In this document: piece after piece, positions 37,991 to 48,590 of the stretch
How the letters are laid out: each line of letters opens with the position of its first letter
Numbering within the stretch: the stretch's first letter is position 1
Source: Azolla caroliniana
Lineage: Eukaryota > Plantae > Polypodiophyta
Reading direction: 5' to 3'
DNA: 64,000 bases
Assembly: GCA_043228905.1 (NCBI GenBank)
Contig: JBHGNT010000003.1
Coordinates: 14,570,001 to 14,634,000, forward strand
Made by a program: the position numbers and the translations under genes
The notes under the pieces: generated by a model
Database searches by the model: none
Seen by the model: only the letters and a program-made list of their open reading frames with translations
Told to the model about the DNA's origin: nothing

Positions 37991-40900
37991 CCCTTAACGT
38001 TGAACCCCCTTGGGAGGGGGGTGGAGCCATTCTAGGCACCACCCCCCACCCCTCAATGCTTGTGGTGTTCTTCGTGATCTGTCACCATCATCATCACACA
38101 TACATTATCAATCTACCATGATTGTTAACCCTATTCCTATCTTTATCATTATCATCATTAACCCTAACCCTAAATCCTACAACATGTGTCCTATGCTGGC
38201 TGGATCTCGTAAACTTGGGTCCGACGCGACCCCCTTTATCCGTAACTCGTTGCCCTCCAGCAAGGGTGCCACGACTAGCCTCACCTTCCGGTCCACAGAC
38301 CCTTAGTTCGTATCCACTCGGGCTGTCTGACCCGACTCGAGTCCATTACCGAAGTAGGCGATGACTTCGTACATCTTTTTCGAACATACCAAAATCATCT
38401 GGTCCTCATTAAGGCCTTCTCCGAACACCTCCCGTAACTTCCCCAAGGTGTCGTTGAAAGAGACCGCCTCCACGGCTCCGTTGATTTCCTCTTCAGGGCC
38501 GAGGACTCTGTATGCCCGAAGTCGCTCCTCCACCTGCTCCTTTTCCCGGCCAACTACGCCGGCTATCGTACACCCTACCCTATCGGAGAACCAAAATTTC
38601 CTACCTATGGTACAGGTCTTTTTACCTATAGTACATTTGTGGGGTTTTTCCGGGGTGTCCGGACTATCGCGGCCCCACGCCTTGATAGCACTCTCTAAAA
38701 ATCCTCTCGGTTTTCGCCACCGAGGGTCTCGCGGTTACGCTCATGGTTCAGTCACACCGTCAAGAACTGGACCAAGTGACACCCATCCTGGCTCTTGACT
38801 CATGCATATGCCGAACCATTGTCCAACACCTTTGTCTCCATTCTTGCCGTCGTGATGTACGGTTCCCCGAGTATAACCGGATGCGAGGAGGTCTCCTGCA
38901 CGAAGAAGTGATGATCGATCTCGACATCACCAATTTTCACTCGTACATTCGGGCAGGCTCCATGCAGCTCTTCCGTGGCGCGCGTTGCTGCCCGTATTTT
39001 CCACCCGTGCTTGGTGTTGATCGGCCACTTCCCCTTCTTGTAGAAGTCAATGGACATCAAGTTGATTTCTGAACCGTGGTCCACCAACGCAACCAACGCC
39101 ACCACCGACTCCTGAACATCTCTGATCTTAACTGGGGTCTCCGTGGTTGCTCTGGTCCAATGTGGCCTTGGGTAGTGGCTCTCCGCCAACTCATCTTCTA
39201 GAGCCATGTCTTTTAGGTGCGTCGTTCGCACCTCCGCCGACTTCTCTGGCTCCGACTCTGTCGAAAGCCTTTTCCACTTCACCAAGTCCACGATGGAGTC
39301 GTGGAACTCCTTCTTGGTGATTCTGAGCACTTCCCTTAGTGACAACTCCACTTTGCTGTCGATGATACGTTCCTCGAGGACCTTTCGTAGGTCCGTGGTC
39401 CTCTTCATCTCCGTGCTCAATTGGTACCCGGCCCTCTTGGCGTTATCCGGTGCGACCGTCATCATTCTGCTTTTTCCCGAACCGGGTCTCATACCGTTGT
39501 GAGGGTCTGGCCCCTCTGGTCTTACCCGCACACTTGTCCTCCACCAGAACCTCGTAGTTTTGGCAAGCGGCTTCAACGAAGCCCGTCTTCTCTTTGACCG
39601 GGTCACTCCACCCGGTTGCCTCCCGAACCCGTCTTTCCACATGGTCCGCTTCCTCTTTCCTCAGCCGTACGCCGGTGAGGCCTTCCAACATCAACGGCCA
39701 GAATCCGACTTCCTTCGTCTTCCAGACTTCATCACTTCCGACTCGGATTCCAACTGACGCCGAGTAGTGGACGGTCTCCGCGTGGCGAGCCACCGCTTCT
39801 TCCATCAACCGTTTCATACCCCCTCGTCCGACATTAAGATCCAGGGCCCTTCGGGTCTCGCTAGCGTGCACCCGACCGTTCCATAGGTACACCATGTTAG
39901 CTCTTATCACTTCGGCGAAGTCCCCGCAGTCCTTTCGGGCGTGGCCGACTGCATCGCACCACAAGCACCGGTTCCTAGCCGGAGCCCTTCGGTCACAGAC
40001 TTGTTCACCGCCGTCCCTCTGTGCTTGTGCAATTTGGAGGTCCCTCACCATCTGAGTCAACTCCTCCAGAGCCGTTCCTCCGGATGAGCCTTTGACCATG
40101 CTGGTTGAAGTCGAGCCGGTCTCGAGCCAGTCTCGGGTCTCTTCCCTTCGCGCTGGTGGGGGTACCTCGACCTTCCTTGTCGCAACAGAACCCGCCCCCG
40201 TCAAGCCTTCATCGATCTACTCACGCCGTTTGTCAAAATGTCCGAAGACTCTCTTTACCATGGCCCAGCCGGTTGTTAGGCCGTCATCAGTCTCCAGCAG
40301 GAAGCCCACTTGCTCCCAGTCCCTTACGTCCACTGATTTAACGAACAATAGGACATGACTTGTGTCCAGTGCGGTCTGGTCCAGCACCGAAAGACGTGTG
40401 AAGCGTTCTTCAAACTCCTGGAGGAGCACCGACGTGTTTCTCCCCTTTTCAGGGGTCTCCACCCATTCCATGAAGTCCCGCTTCGATAGCCGAAGCGTGT
40501 CATCAAGCCCGTATTTTTCAAGGAGCTAACCTTCAAACTCTTCCCAGGTCCGACTCTCAGCCCGTACCTCAAGCATCTCCGCGTGGATGCCCGGCATCGC
40601 CACCCGAGGGAATCCGGCCAGTCGCTTGTCCTCCGGGATGTCCCTCATCACCATTTCGGCTCGGTAAGACTCCAGATAGCTCGTGGTGTCCTTCCCACCG
40701 AACCTGCCTATCGTGTCGACAACTACTTCAATAGCCCTATCGAGGGAGCATGTGCCTTCGCGCGCACTCACTATCCGATCCACAACCAAAGCCATGGCTT
40801 CTGCAAGATCTGACCCTCTCATCTTTCTATTCCTCTGCCGCTTGTTCACGTCGGGCTCACCAAATATGTTGCGTTGTTCTACGCGTGCGTGGAAAATGAG

Positions 40901-43900
40901 GCGGGACCACGGGGGCCTTGGACCGAGAAATAACCGAATGAGAAGAGGGGAAGGAAACTACCGATGTACTCCACACGCGCACAGACACACAGATTCACAG
41001 GAGTTGCAACTAACTCTGAATGATGGAGACAGAACGAATGTATATGTATATATAAATCAAGGAGTTACAACCGGCAAGCCGGCGAGTGATAGGCTCCGAT
41101 GCCTGTACACACACACACACACACAGAACGCGAGATGGAGACTCTACCGAAAGCACTCGGGCGTGCCGCGGAGCAGAATTAGCCTCTCGAAAACCTGCAC
41201 AGAATGACTATGGAGAAGACAGAGGAGAAGAGCTCGGTTCCAGTCTGGCAGCAAGTCGACGATGAGTTCTAATCCACTTTCTTCGCTTTCCGCATCACGG
41301 CGATCTTCGTCCGATTGCTCCTTCTGGTCGGTCTTGTCTAGGATCACATAGGGTTCTTCATCAGTCCGCTTCTTGAAAATCGTTACCCGTTTCCCGGCTA
41401 TAGGCACTCGTAGCATTGTTCCATCTAACTCGCATAGTCGGTAAGTTCCGTTGTCGAAAACTTTCCGAACCTCGTATGGTCCGAACCACCTTTCCGCGAA
41501 CTTCCTCATCATTGTATGTTGATGATCCAAATTATTGTCGTAGACAATCACCCAATCTCCTTCTTCAATCTTCCGCGGTCGTAGTCGGTGCTTTGTGTCG
41601 AACCGGCTTTTATTCCGGAATCGTGCGTCTTGTTGTCGGCGTATTGCTTCCGCTATGTGTTCCGGTCCTCCCTCTAGTTGTCGTATCCGGACTGCTAGTA
41701 GTTCTTCCCAACTCATCTCTTCCTTCTATGGTAACACTATCCATGTCGTGATCGCGGTTTCCGTAGGCATTACCGGTGCTTGTCCGGTCATGAGTTCTGC
41801 CGGCATGTAACCGGTTACAGAGCTATGCGTCGTCCGATCCGCCCATAGTGCATATGGGAGCATCTGCGGCCAATCCATCACCCTTCCGTCGCATGCTTTG
41901 GCAAGTGCTTTGACGATCGGACTATGTCCTGGCTCGACCTTCCCGTAGGCTTCCAGATTATATGTCGTTGTTAGTGTTAACCGAACTCCATGTTTGGCGA
42001 AGAATACCCTAGCTTTATCAAAGTGAAGTTCTCCCCGATCCGCAATCACTTGTCCTACGCACCCGTACCTGCAAAACACTTCTTCCAAAAGAAATTGACA
42101 TACCGCAGAACACATTTTTCTTCGTAGCGCCCGACCTTCTACTTGATTTGTGAGATCTTCCCGAGCTAACACCAAGTACTTCTTTTGTCCGATCCCAGTT
42201 GGCATGGCTACAATGTCGACCATCCATTTGAAGTTGATTGTCAGTGAGAATGTCGAATGTAACTCATCTCGGTGTCGAACTCCGGAGTAGATTTGACGCT
42301 TCTTGCAGCTTTCCGTGAACTCCGCGACATCTTTGTACATATTCTTCCACCAATATCTTTGCTTGATCTTCCCAGGTGTTACCCATGTTCCCCGATGTCC
42401 AGCCCAATCAGATTCGTGAAATTCGGACATTACCTGGTTTTGTTGCTCTTTTGTCCCGACTACTCGAAGTGGTATGCCACCCGGTCTTTTTGGCTCCCTC
42501 CATAAAAATCCATTTTTCAAGAAGAACTTTCGGACTTACGTTTCTTACTTCGGATCTCGGCTCTCTTCTCTTTATTGTCCGATGATTCCTCGATTCCTCG
42601 TAGCATTTTCCCGATCAACAAGCTTTCTCCCTCGTATTCTTCTTCCCGGAATTCTTGGATTACGTCCACCCGACATATGTGCTCCGAAGCAAAGTAGTCT
42701 TCGGAAACTTCTTCATTATCGGATTCGGTTATGTCATCTCCGAACCGCGCCCTTGATAGCATATCCACTACATCGTTGTCTTTTCCCGAGAGGTGGCTTA
42801 CCTCTGGATTAAGTGACTTATCATATGCAATCCATCTTAGCATAGCCACATCCGGTATCGTGCAACACCGCATCATCCTGAGTATCGGAAGACAATCCGT
42901 TTCGATCACAACTTTGGCTCCGATCAAATAATCTCAATCCGATTTGATTGCCGACACGACTCCCCATAATTCTCTTTTAACTTGTGCATATCCGTGTTGC
43001 CTTTTGTTGAGAACCTTTGCTCCGAATCAGATCGGATATCGCGAACCTTCCGGATCGGCTTGATTGATGACCCATCCGATTCCGGTTGGACTTGTGTCAA
43101 CCGTTACTATGATCGGTTGGTCATAGTTCGGCTTCTTTAGTGCTTCTTCCCTCCGTAGAGATTTCTTGAGCTTCTTCACGGCTTTGGTTCGCTCTGGTTT
43201 CCATTCAAACTTCTTACCCTTCCGTAACAAGTGATAGAGTGCGTCCGCCATATGTGGTAGAATGCACATGCTCCAAGAAACCTTCGAACTTCGGATTGTG
43301 ACTTGCATACTTCTTTCATAGCTTGAATCGCATCGATCTTGGTTGGTGATGGTCTTCGGCCGTAGGGCCCACATAGATGTTCGACTACCAATATTTCTTC
43401 TTGTTTGAATGCCGATTTCTCTCCGGAAAGTGTTAGATGCACATCTTCTAACTTCCGTAACACTTTCTCACAATCACGGATATGGTTGACTACAAACCTT
43501 GGCATCCCCGTTCATCCATAGCTTCATCTTTTTCTTCCACCGCACACCCTTTCATCGGAATGTCATCTAGGAATGGCATCGTTATCTCCGGTATGCAATC
43601 CCGGAGCACCTTGTTCATCGCATTCATCATATGTGCGACTGAGTTCGTCTCGCCTAGTGGTAGCGTACACATCCGGACTAATCCTATCGGTGTCCGTATG
43701 GTAGTGATGTCTCGACTCTTCACAGCTAGTTGGAATTGGCCATATCCGGAGTATAGGTCTCCGATGGAGTATATCGCACGACCGGCAAATGCTTCCGCAA
43801 ATTCGTCCACTATCAGACCGACTCCGGAGTTCCGGATCGTGACCTTGTTCACCGGTTGCAAATTTTGAATAAATCGGAGTGACCCATCCTTCTTCGGAAC

Positions 43901-44787
43901 TGTAAACCATCGATTTGAGTACGGAGCATTTGATGGCTCTAGAATCCCCATCGCCACCTTCTCCTTGAACAAAACGATGATTTTCGGAATATGCGCCCGT
44001 GGCACCGGAATCGGCTTCAGGTTCCACGGCACATGGTCAATTGTGAAGATCACCATCGACTCCTCTATCTTCGGGTCAGCGCATCCTAGTTCTTTCGATG
44101 TAAATGCAAATGCTCTCCCATGTCGCTCTAGCATCCCACGGAATCGTTCTTCTTCATTCTTTAATAGGAACCCACCTCCACCGATCCGAAGTTTCTTCCG
44201 GGTCTCATCCGTGAAGGCATGTCCGATATCCATGGACTTCCGAAGTGTCGGATCCCCTGAGACTTCTTTCCTCTTTTGTTCGTTATCTGCGGGTAATGGT
44301 CCCGCGGCCGGTTTCCCTTTCTTCTCCACGGTCTTGTGTTTCGTACTTACCATTGCTTCTTCTTTGCGGAGAGCATCCGGCCCCATTTTCACAATGATCT
44401 CGTACATCTCGACCGACTCCACCGGAATTACCCGGTTTCCCTGGCTTCTATCTTCCGCGAGCTCTTCAAGCCGTTGTAGTGTGCTCCCATAGAACACCTC
44501 TTCGACTATTCCCACGATTTCTTCGTCTTCTTTTATTATTGATGTCGACCGTAACTTATCCTCCACTTTTCGGTATTCTTTCTTCATTCCTCCGGTTACG
44601 GCCGTGTACGTGTATGCCCCATCCGGACTGATTCGTACTTGTTTTGCACCGAGAGGTTTCTTCCTGTGTGGGGTATCAGGGCTTCTCGGACTATCACTTC
44701 CCCACTCCGCAACAGTCCGCTCTAAAAATCCATTCTTGTTTGGGACAAGAGCTCTCTCTTGTTCCTTTTATGATTTGGCGGCACCGC

Positions 44788-45665
44788 TGTCGTAGTGTGA
44801 TTCGTACACTACGTGCAAAATTACATTTTTGGTCTCTCCGGATAGGACATGGAGTACCCGGTGAGAACCGGAAGAAAGAACCGGTAAGGACCGAAACCGG
44901 CAAGGAGACCCGGCAAGAGCCGGATGAAGAAGGCCGGTGAGAGTTGGTGAGAAACGGACGAAGAGATCGGTAAGGAGGTCCCGGTAAGAACCGGACAAAG
45001 AAAACTATCAAGCACCGGATGAAGCAGAACCGGAAAGAGCCAGATGAAGAAGGCCGGTGAGAGTCTCTCACTAGATGAAGAGACGTATTTGTAAATAGAA
45101 GAAAGTATAAAAATATATATATTACATGCATAGGGCAAGATTCGAACCTTGCACCTCCATGTTAATAATGTTAAGCCTTATCATTATAGTAGGGTATTAT
45201 GAATTTTAAAGTTATAATAAACTTTATTCCATGCATGGTACAAAAGTTATTCATGCATAGCCACTCGAGTTAAAAAGAAAAGATGAGATAGAAAGCTAAT
45301 CATGCACATGCAGTGTGCATGAAAACTAAAGATAGAAAAAGCATGATGCTTGCATGTGATAAACTTAGACTCTTCCAACACTATATAAGGAAGAGAGAAA
45401 GATGTATAGAGGTTGTTGATTATTTTACAAGGGTTAATTAATATAAGATAATCGTGGGATCCACGAATTTGCTAACTATTATTCTCTCTTAATTTGAGTA
45501 CTCACTAATACACTATACTCGCGGGATTCATGAGTTTTTCATATCTTTCTTTCTTACAATATATTTCATATTCTTAATTGCCTTAGAATTTTCTTTCCTG
45601 CTAGTCCAAAACCCCAGCGGTTCCAACCCGACTCACGCAAAGATCCTGAGCTGTAAGGCACGACA
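44788..45665 (+). repeat. Solo LTR of the C3 family inserted antisense into C3
   Basis: TGTCGTAG...CACGACA; inverted copy of 47684-48590; flanks CCGC/CCGT. Confidence 0.9.
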
Positions 45666-45668
45666 CCG

Positions 45669-47645
45669 TTAGGAATTGGACGGATTTCCCTCCGTTTGGC
45701 TCCGAATTCGTGCAAAAGCCGCACCACTATCGAGCACCTTCGTCTCCATCCGTGATGCCGTAATAAAAGGTTGCCCGAGGATCACAGAGTGTGAGACCTC
45801 GTCTTGTACGAAGAAATTTTGGTCGATCTCGACATCCCCGATCTTCACCGTCACATTCGAACAAGCCGCAAATAGATCTTTTGTTGCTTTAGTGGCCGCC
45901 CGGATCTTCCATCCATGATTGGTGTTAATAGGCCACTTCCCCTTCCGATAGAACTCTTTGGGCATCAAATTGATCTCCGGTTCGTGATCAATCAATGCAA
46001 GCACGGTCTCTTTGATGTTGCCGATTCGGACTGGAGTCTCCGTAGTTGCACGCGCCCAGTGTGGCTTTATATAGTGGGAATTTGGAATCTCATCCTCCAC
46101 TTCGGTGTCGTTCATCAGAACGGTATTTGCATTCACCATTGGTGTATTTTCCTCCGTAGTTTGTCTTTTTCTTTTTACGAGATCCACAAGAAGATCATGG
46201 AACTCTTTTTTTGCTATTCCGAGTAGTTCCTGAAGCGAAAATTCTACCCGGTTGTCAAGGATTCTCTCCTTGAACAGCTTTTTCAAGTCTGTTTGTTGTT
46301 CGATGTCCGAGGCGAGCTTGAATGCCGGAATCGTTTTTCCTTTCCTTCTTCCGTCGGAGTTCCAGCTCTCCGGTGTCTTCGATGGTCCAGCCGCATCCTC
46401 CGTGCGTCGCCGCTTCTCGTCCACATATACCTCATGTAATTGACATAGGACGTATACGCTATTCTTATCGATGGGGCACTCCAATCCTGTAGCTTCCCGG
46501 ATGCCTTCCGTGGTGCTTCGGATCTTGTTAGAGTCGGTTTTCTCGGTGTTTTCTAGCACTTCTGACCAAAAAGACACCTTTGCTCCCGATGACTCCCCAA
46601 CACGTATTCCCGCGGTTGTCGTGTAATTGTTCTTCGCCGCTATTTCCTCCTCTAGGACCTTCTTCATGCCGCCTTTTCGGAAGTTCGGTTGGAGCGGCTT
46701 CCGACAGTCCATCGAATGAATCTGATTTCCCTCGTAGTAGATAAGATCCTGTCGTAGCGCTTCCTTGTGCTCGTCGAAATCCCTCCGATCATGTTCCGTG
46801 CTATTGCACCATATGCATCGACGGTCCATATACTTGGAACTTGTGGGACGGTCATCCGACTTCTTCACCATCGCGATTTTTAGATTCTCCATCTCCGTCA
46901 GGAACTGCTCCATCGTAGTTGCGTCGATTCCCTTCTCAGTCGTAGCTTCCTGAGCCCGCGGTTGATGGTCTTCCGATCCGGATCTCTGTTTCGGAATCAG
47001 TTCCGAAACCCTCTTTTCTTCGTTGGCAAGCCATTGCCCCCTCTTTCTGTATAGCGTGACGATATCCCGCACGCTTTCCCATGTGTTGGTGAGGCCACTC
47101 TCGGTATTCGTGTCCTCTAGAAGCACTCCAAGATCCTTCCGGTCCCGGACGTCTACGGCTCGTAAGAACATGATAACTTTGTCCGGTGCGAGGATAACTT
47201 GATCTCTCGCAGACAACCTCCCGAACCGACTTTCGAATGCCGAAAACACATCGAGGACCTTCATCCCCTTGTCCGGCGTTTCTACCCAATCCTCGAATCC
47301 TCTCCGCGTTGCCTTAGAGGAGTCCTCGATAGCGAACGTGGTCTTTAGCGCCTCTTCAAACGCTTCCCACATAGGATTTTGTTGTCGTAGCCCGTGGATA
47401 CTTGCTTGAAGCCCGTCGGTAGCCACCCGGTTGAAGGATGCCACTTGCAGTCCTTCCGAAATCCCGCACCGTAGCATTTCCGCCTTGTAGTCCTGAAGAT
47501 AGCGTGATACGTCCTTTCCGTTAAATTGCCCAATACGTTGCACGAGTCGCTCTATTGACGCCGCTATCTCCGACATCGCACGTTGTTCCTGAAGCATCCG
47601 CTCAAACATCATCATCATGTTGTTAGCCTCCGGTTGATTTTCCAT
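45669..47645 (-). CDS. gag: C3 Gag-protease (largely open; C-terminus disrupted)
   Basis: 665-aa ORF homologous to C1/C4 gag (CIWCNSTEH, HWARATTET, LIDHEPEIN); ATG at 47645. Confidence 0.8.
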   Translation of the reverse strand: MENQPEANNMMMMFERMLQEQRAMSEIAASIERLVQRIGQFNGKDVSRYLQDYKAEMLRCGISEGLQVASFNRVATDGLQASIHGLRQQNPMWEAFEEALKTTFAIEDSSKATRRGFEDWVETPDKGMKVLDVFSAFESRFGRLSARDQVILAPDKVIMFLRAVDVRDRKDLGVLLEDTNTESGLTNTWESVRDIVTLYRKRGQWLANEEKRVSELIPKQRSGSEDHQPRAQEATTEKGIDATTMEQFLTEMENLKIAMVKKSDDRPTSSKYMDRRCIWCNSTEHDRRDFDEHKEALRQDLIYYEGNQIHSMDCRKPLQPNFRKGGMKKVLEEEIAAKNNYTTTAGIRVGESSGAKVSFWSEVLENTEKTDSNKIRSTTEGIREATGLECPIDKNSVYVLCQLHEVYVDEKRRRTEDAAGPSKTPESWNSDGRRKGKTIPAFKLASDIEQQTDLKKLFKERILDNRVEFSLQELLGIAKKEFHDLLVDLVKRKRQTTEENTPMVNANTVLMNDTEVEDEIPNSHYIKPHWARATTETPVRIGNIKETVLALIDHEPEINLMPKEFYRKGKWPINTNHGWKIRAATKATKDLFAACSNVTVKIGDVEIDQNFFVQDEVSHSVILGQPFITASRMETKVLDSGAAFARIRSQTEGNPSNS

Positions 47646-48590
47646 CTCCTTGCCACCCGTGTTCACGTCGGGTTCACCATTTGTGTCGCGCCTTTCGGCT
47701 CAGGATCGTTGCGTGAGTCGTGTGGGAACAGTTGAGGTTTTGGACTAGGAGAAAGAAGAATATGAGATAAGGCTCCTTATGAATCGATTGCCAGAAACAG
47801 AAATATTTTAAAGAAGATATGAAACTCGTGAATCCCACGAGTATAGTGTATTAATTGATACTTAGAATGTAAGAGAGAAATAGATGGAAAAGAATCGTGA
47901 ATCCCACCAATATATTAGATTGATCAAAATCCTTGTAAAATAATCAACAACCTCTATACATCTTTCTCTCTTCCTTATATAGTGTTGGAAGATTCTAAGT
48001 TTATCACATGCAAGCATCATGCTTTTCCTATCTTTAGTTTTCATGCACACTGCACGTGCATGATTAGCTTTCTATCTCATCTTTTCTTTTAACTCGAGTG
48101 GCTATGCATGAATAACTTTTTGCACCATGTATGTCTAGAAATTTTACATGGGATAAAGTTTAGTATAACTTTAAAATTCATAATACGCTAGTATAATGAT
48201 AAGGCTTCACATTATTAACATAGAAGTGCAAGGTTCGAATCTTGCCCTATGCATGTAATAAATAATTTTATACTTTCTTCTATTTACAAATATGTCTCTT
48301 CATCTGGTGAGAGACTCTCACCGGCCTTCTTCATCCGGCTCTTGCCGGTTTTGCTTCATCCGGTTCTCGCCAGTTTTCTTTATCCGGTTCTTACCAGATC
48401 CTTCTTACCGGTCCTCTTCGTCCGTTTCTCACCGACTCTCACCGGCCTTCTTCATCCGGCTCTTGCCGGTCTCCTTACCGGTTTCGGTCCCCACCGGTTC
48501 TTCCTTCCGGTTCTCACTGGGTACTCCATATCCTATTCGAAGAAACCAAAAATGTTATTTTTCAGGTAGTGTGTGAATTACACTACGACA

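Larger units (their letters stand above)
25517..38184 (+). mobile_element. Non-autonomous LTR element 'E' (about 3.06 kb without nested B3)
   Basis: LTRs 25517-26025 and 37603-38184; TSD TGTGT; purine-rich internal region with no recognisable retroelement ORF; PBS-like sites at both inner edges. Confidence 0.88.
22358..41253 (-). mobile_element. Gypsy element 'C2' (tRNA-Trp primed), containing E and B3; 5' LTR truncated
   Basis: 3' LTR 22358-23016 with adjacent PPT; pol remnants 23091-25516 and 38185-38700; gag-PR 38695-40822; PBS 40845-40862; 5' LTR 40867-41253 ends abruptly. Confidence 0.88.
41254..48590 (-). mobile_element. Gypsy element 'C3' (diverged family-C member), 3' LTR deleted
   Basis: 5' LTR 47684-48590; Trp PBS 47662-47679; gag-PR ORF 45669..47666; pol remnants 41254-44730. 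Confidence 0.88.
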
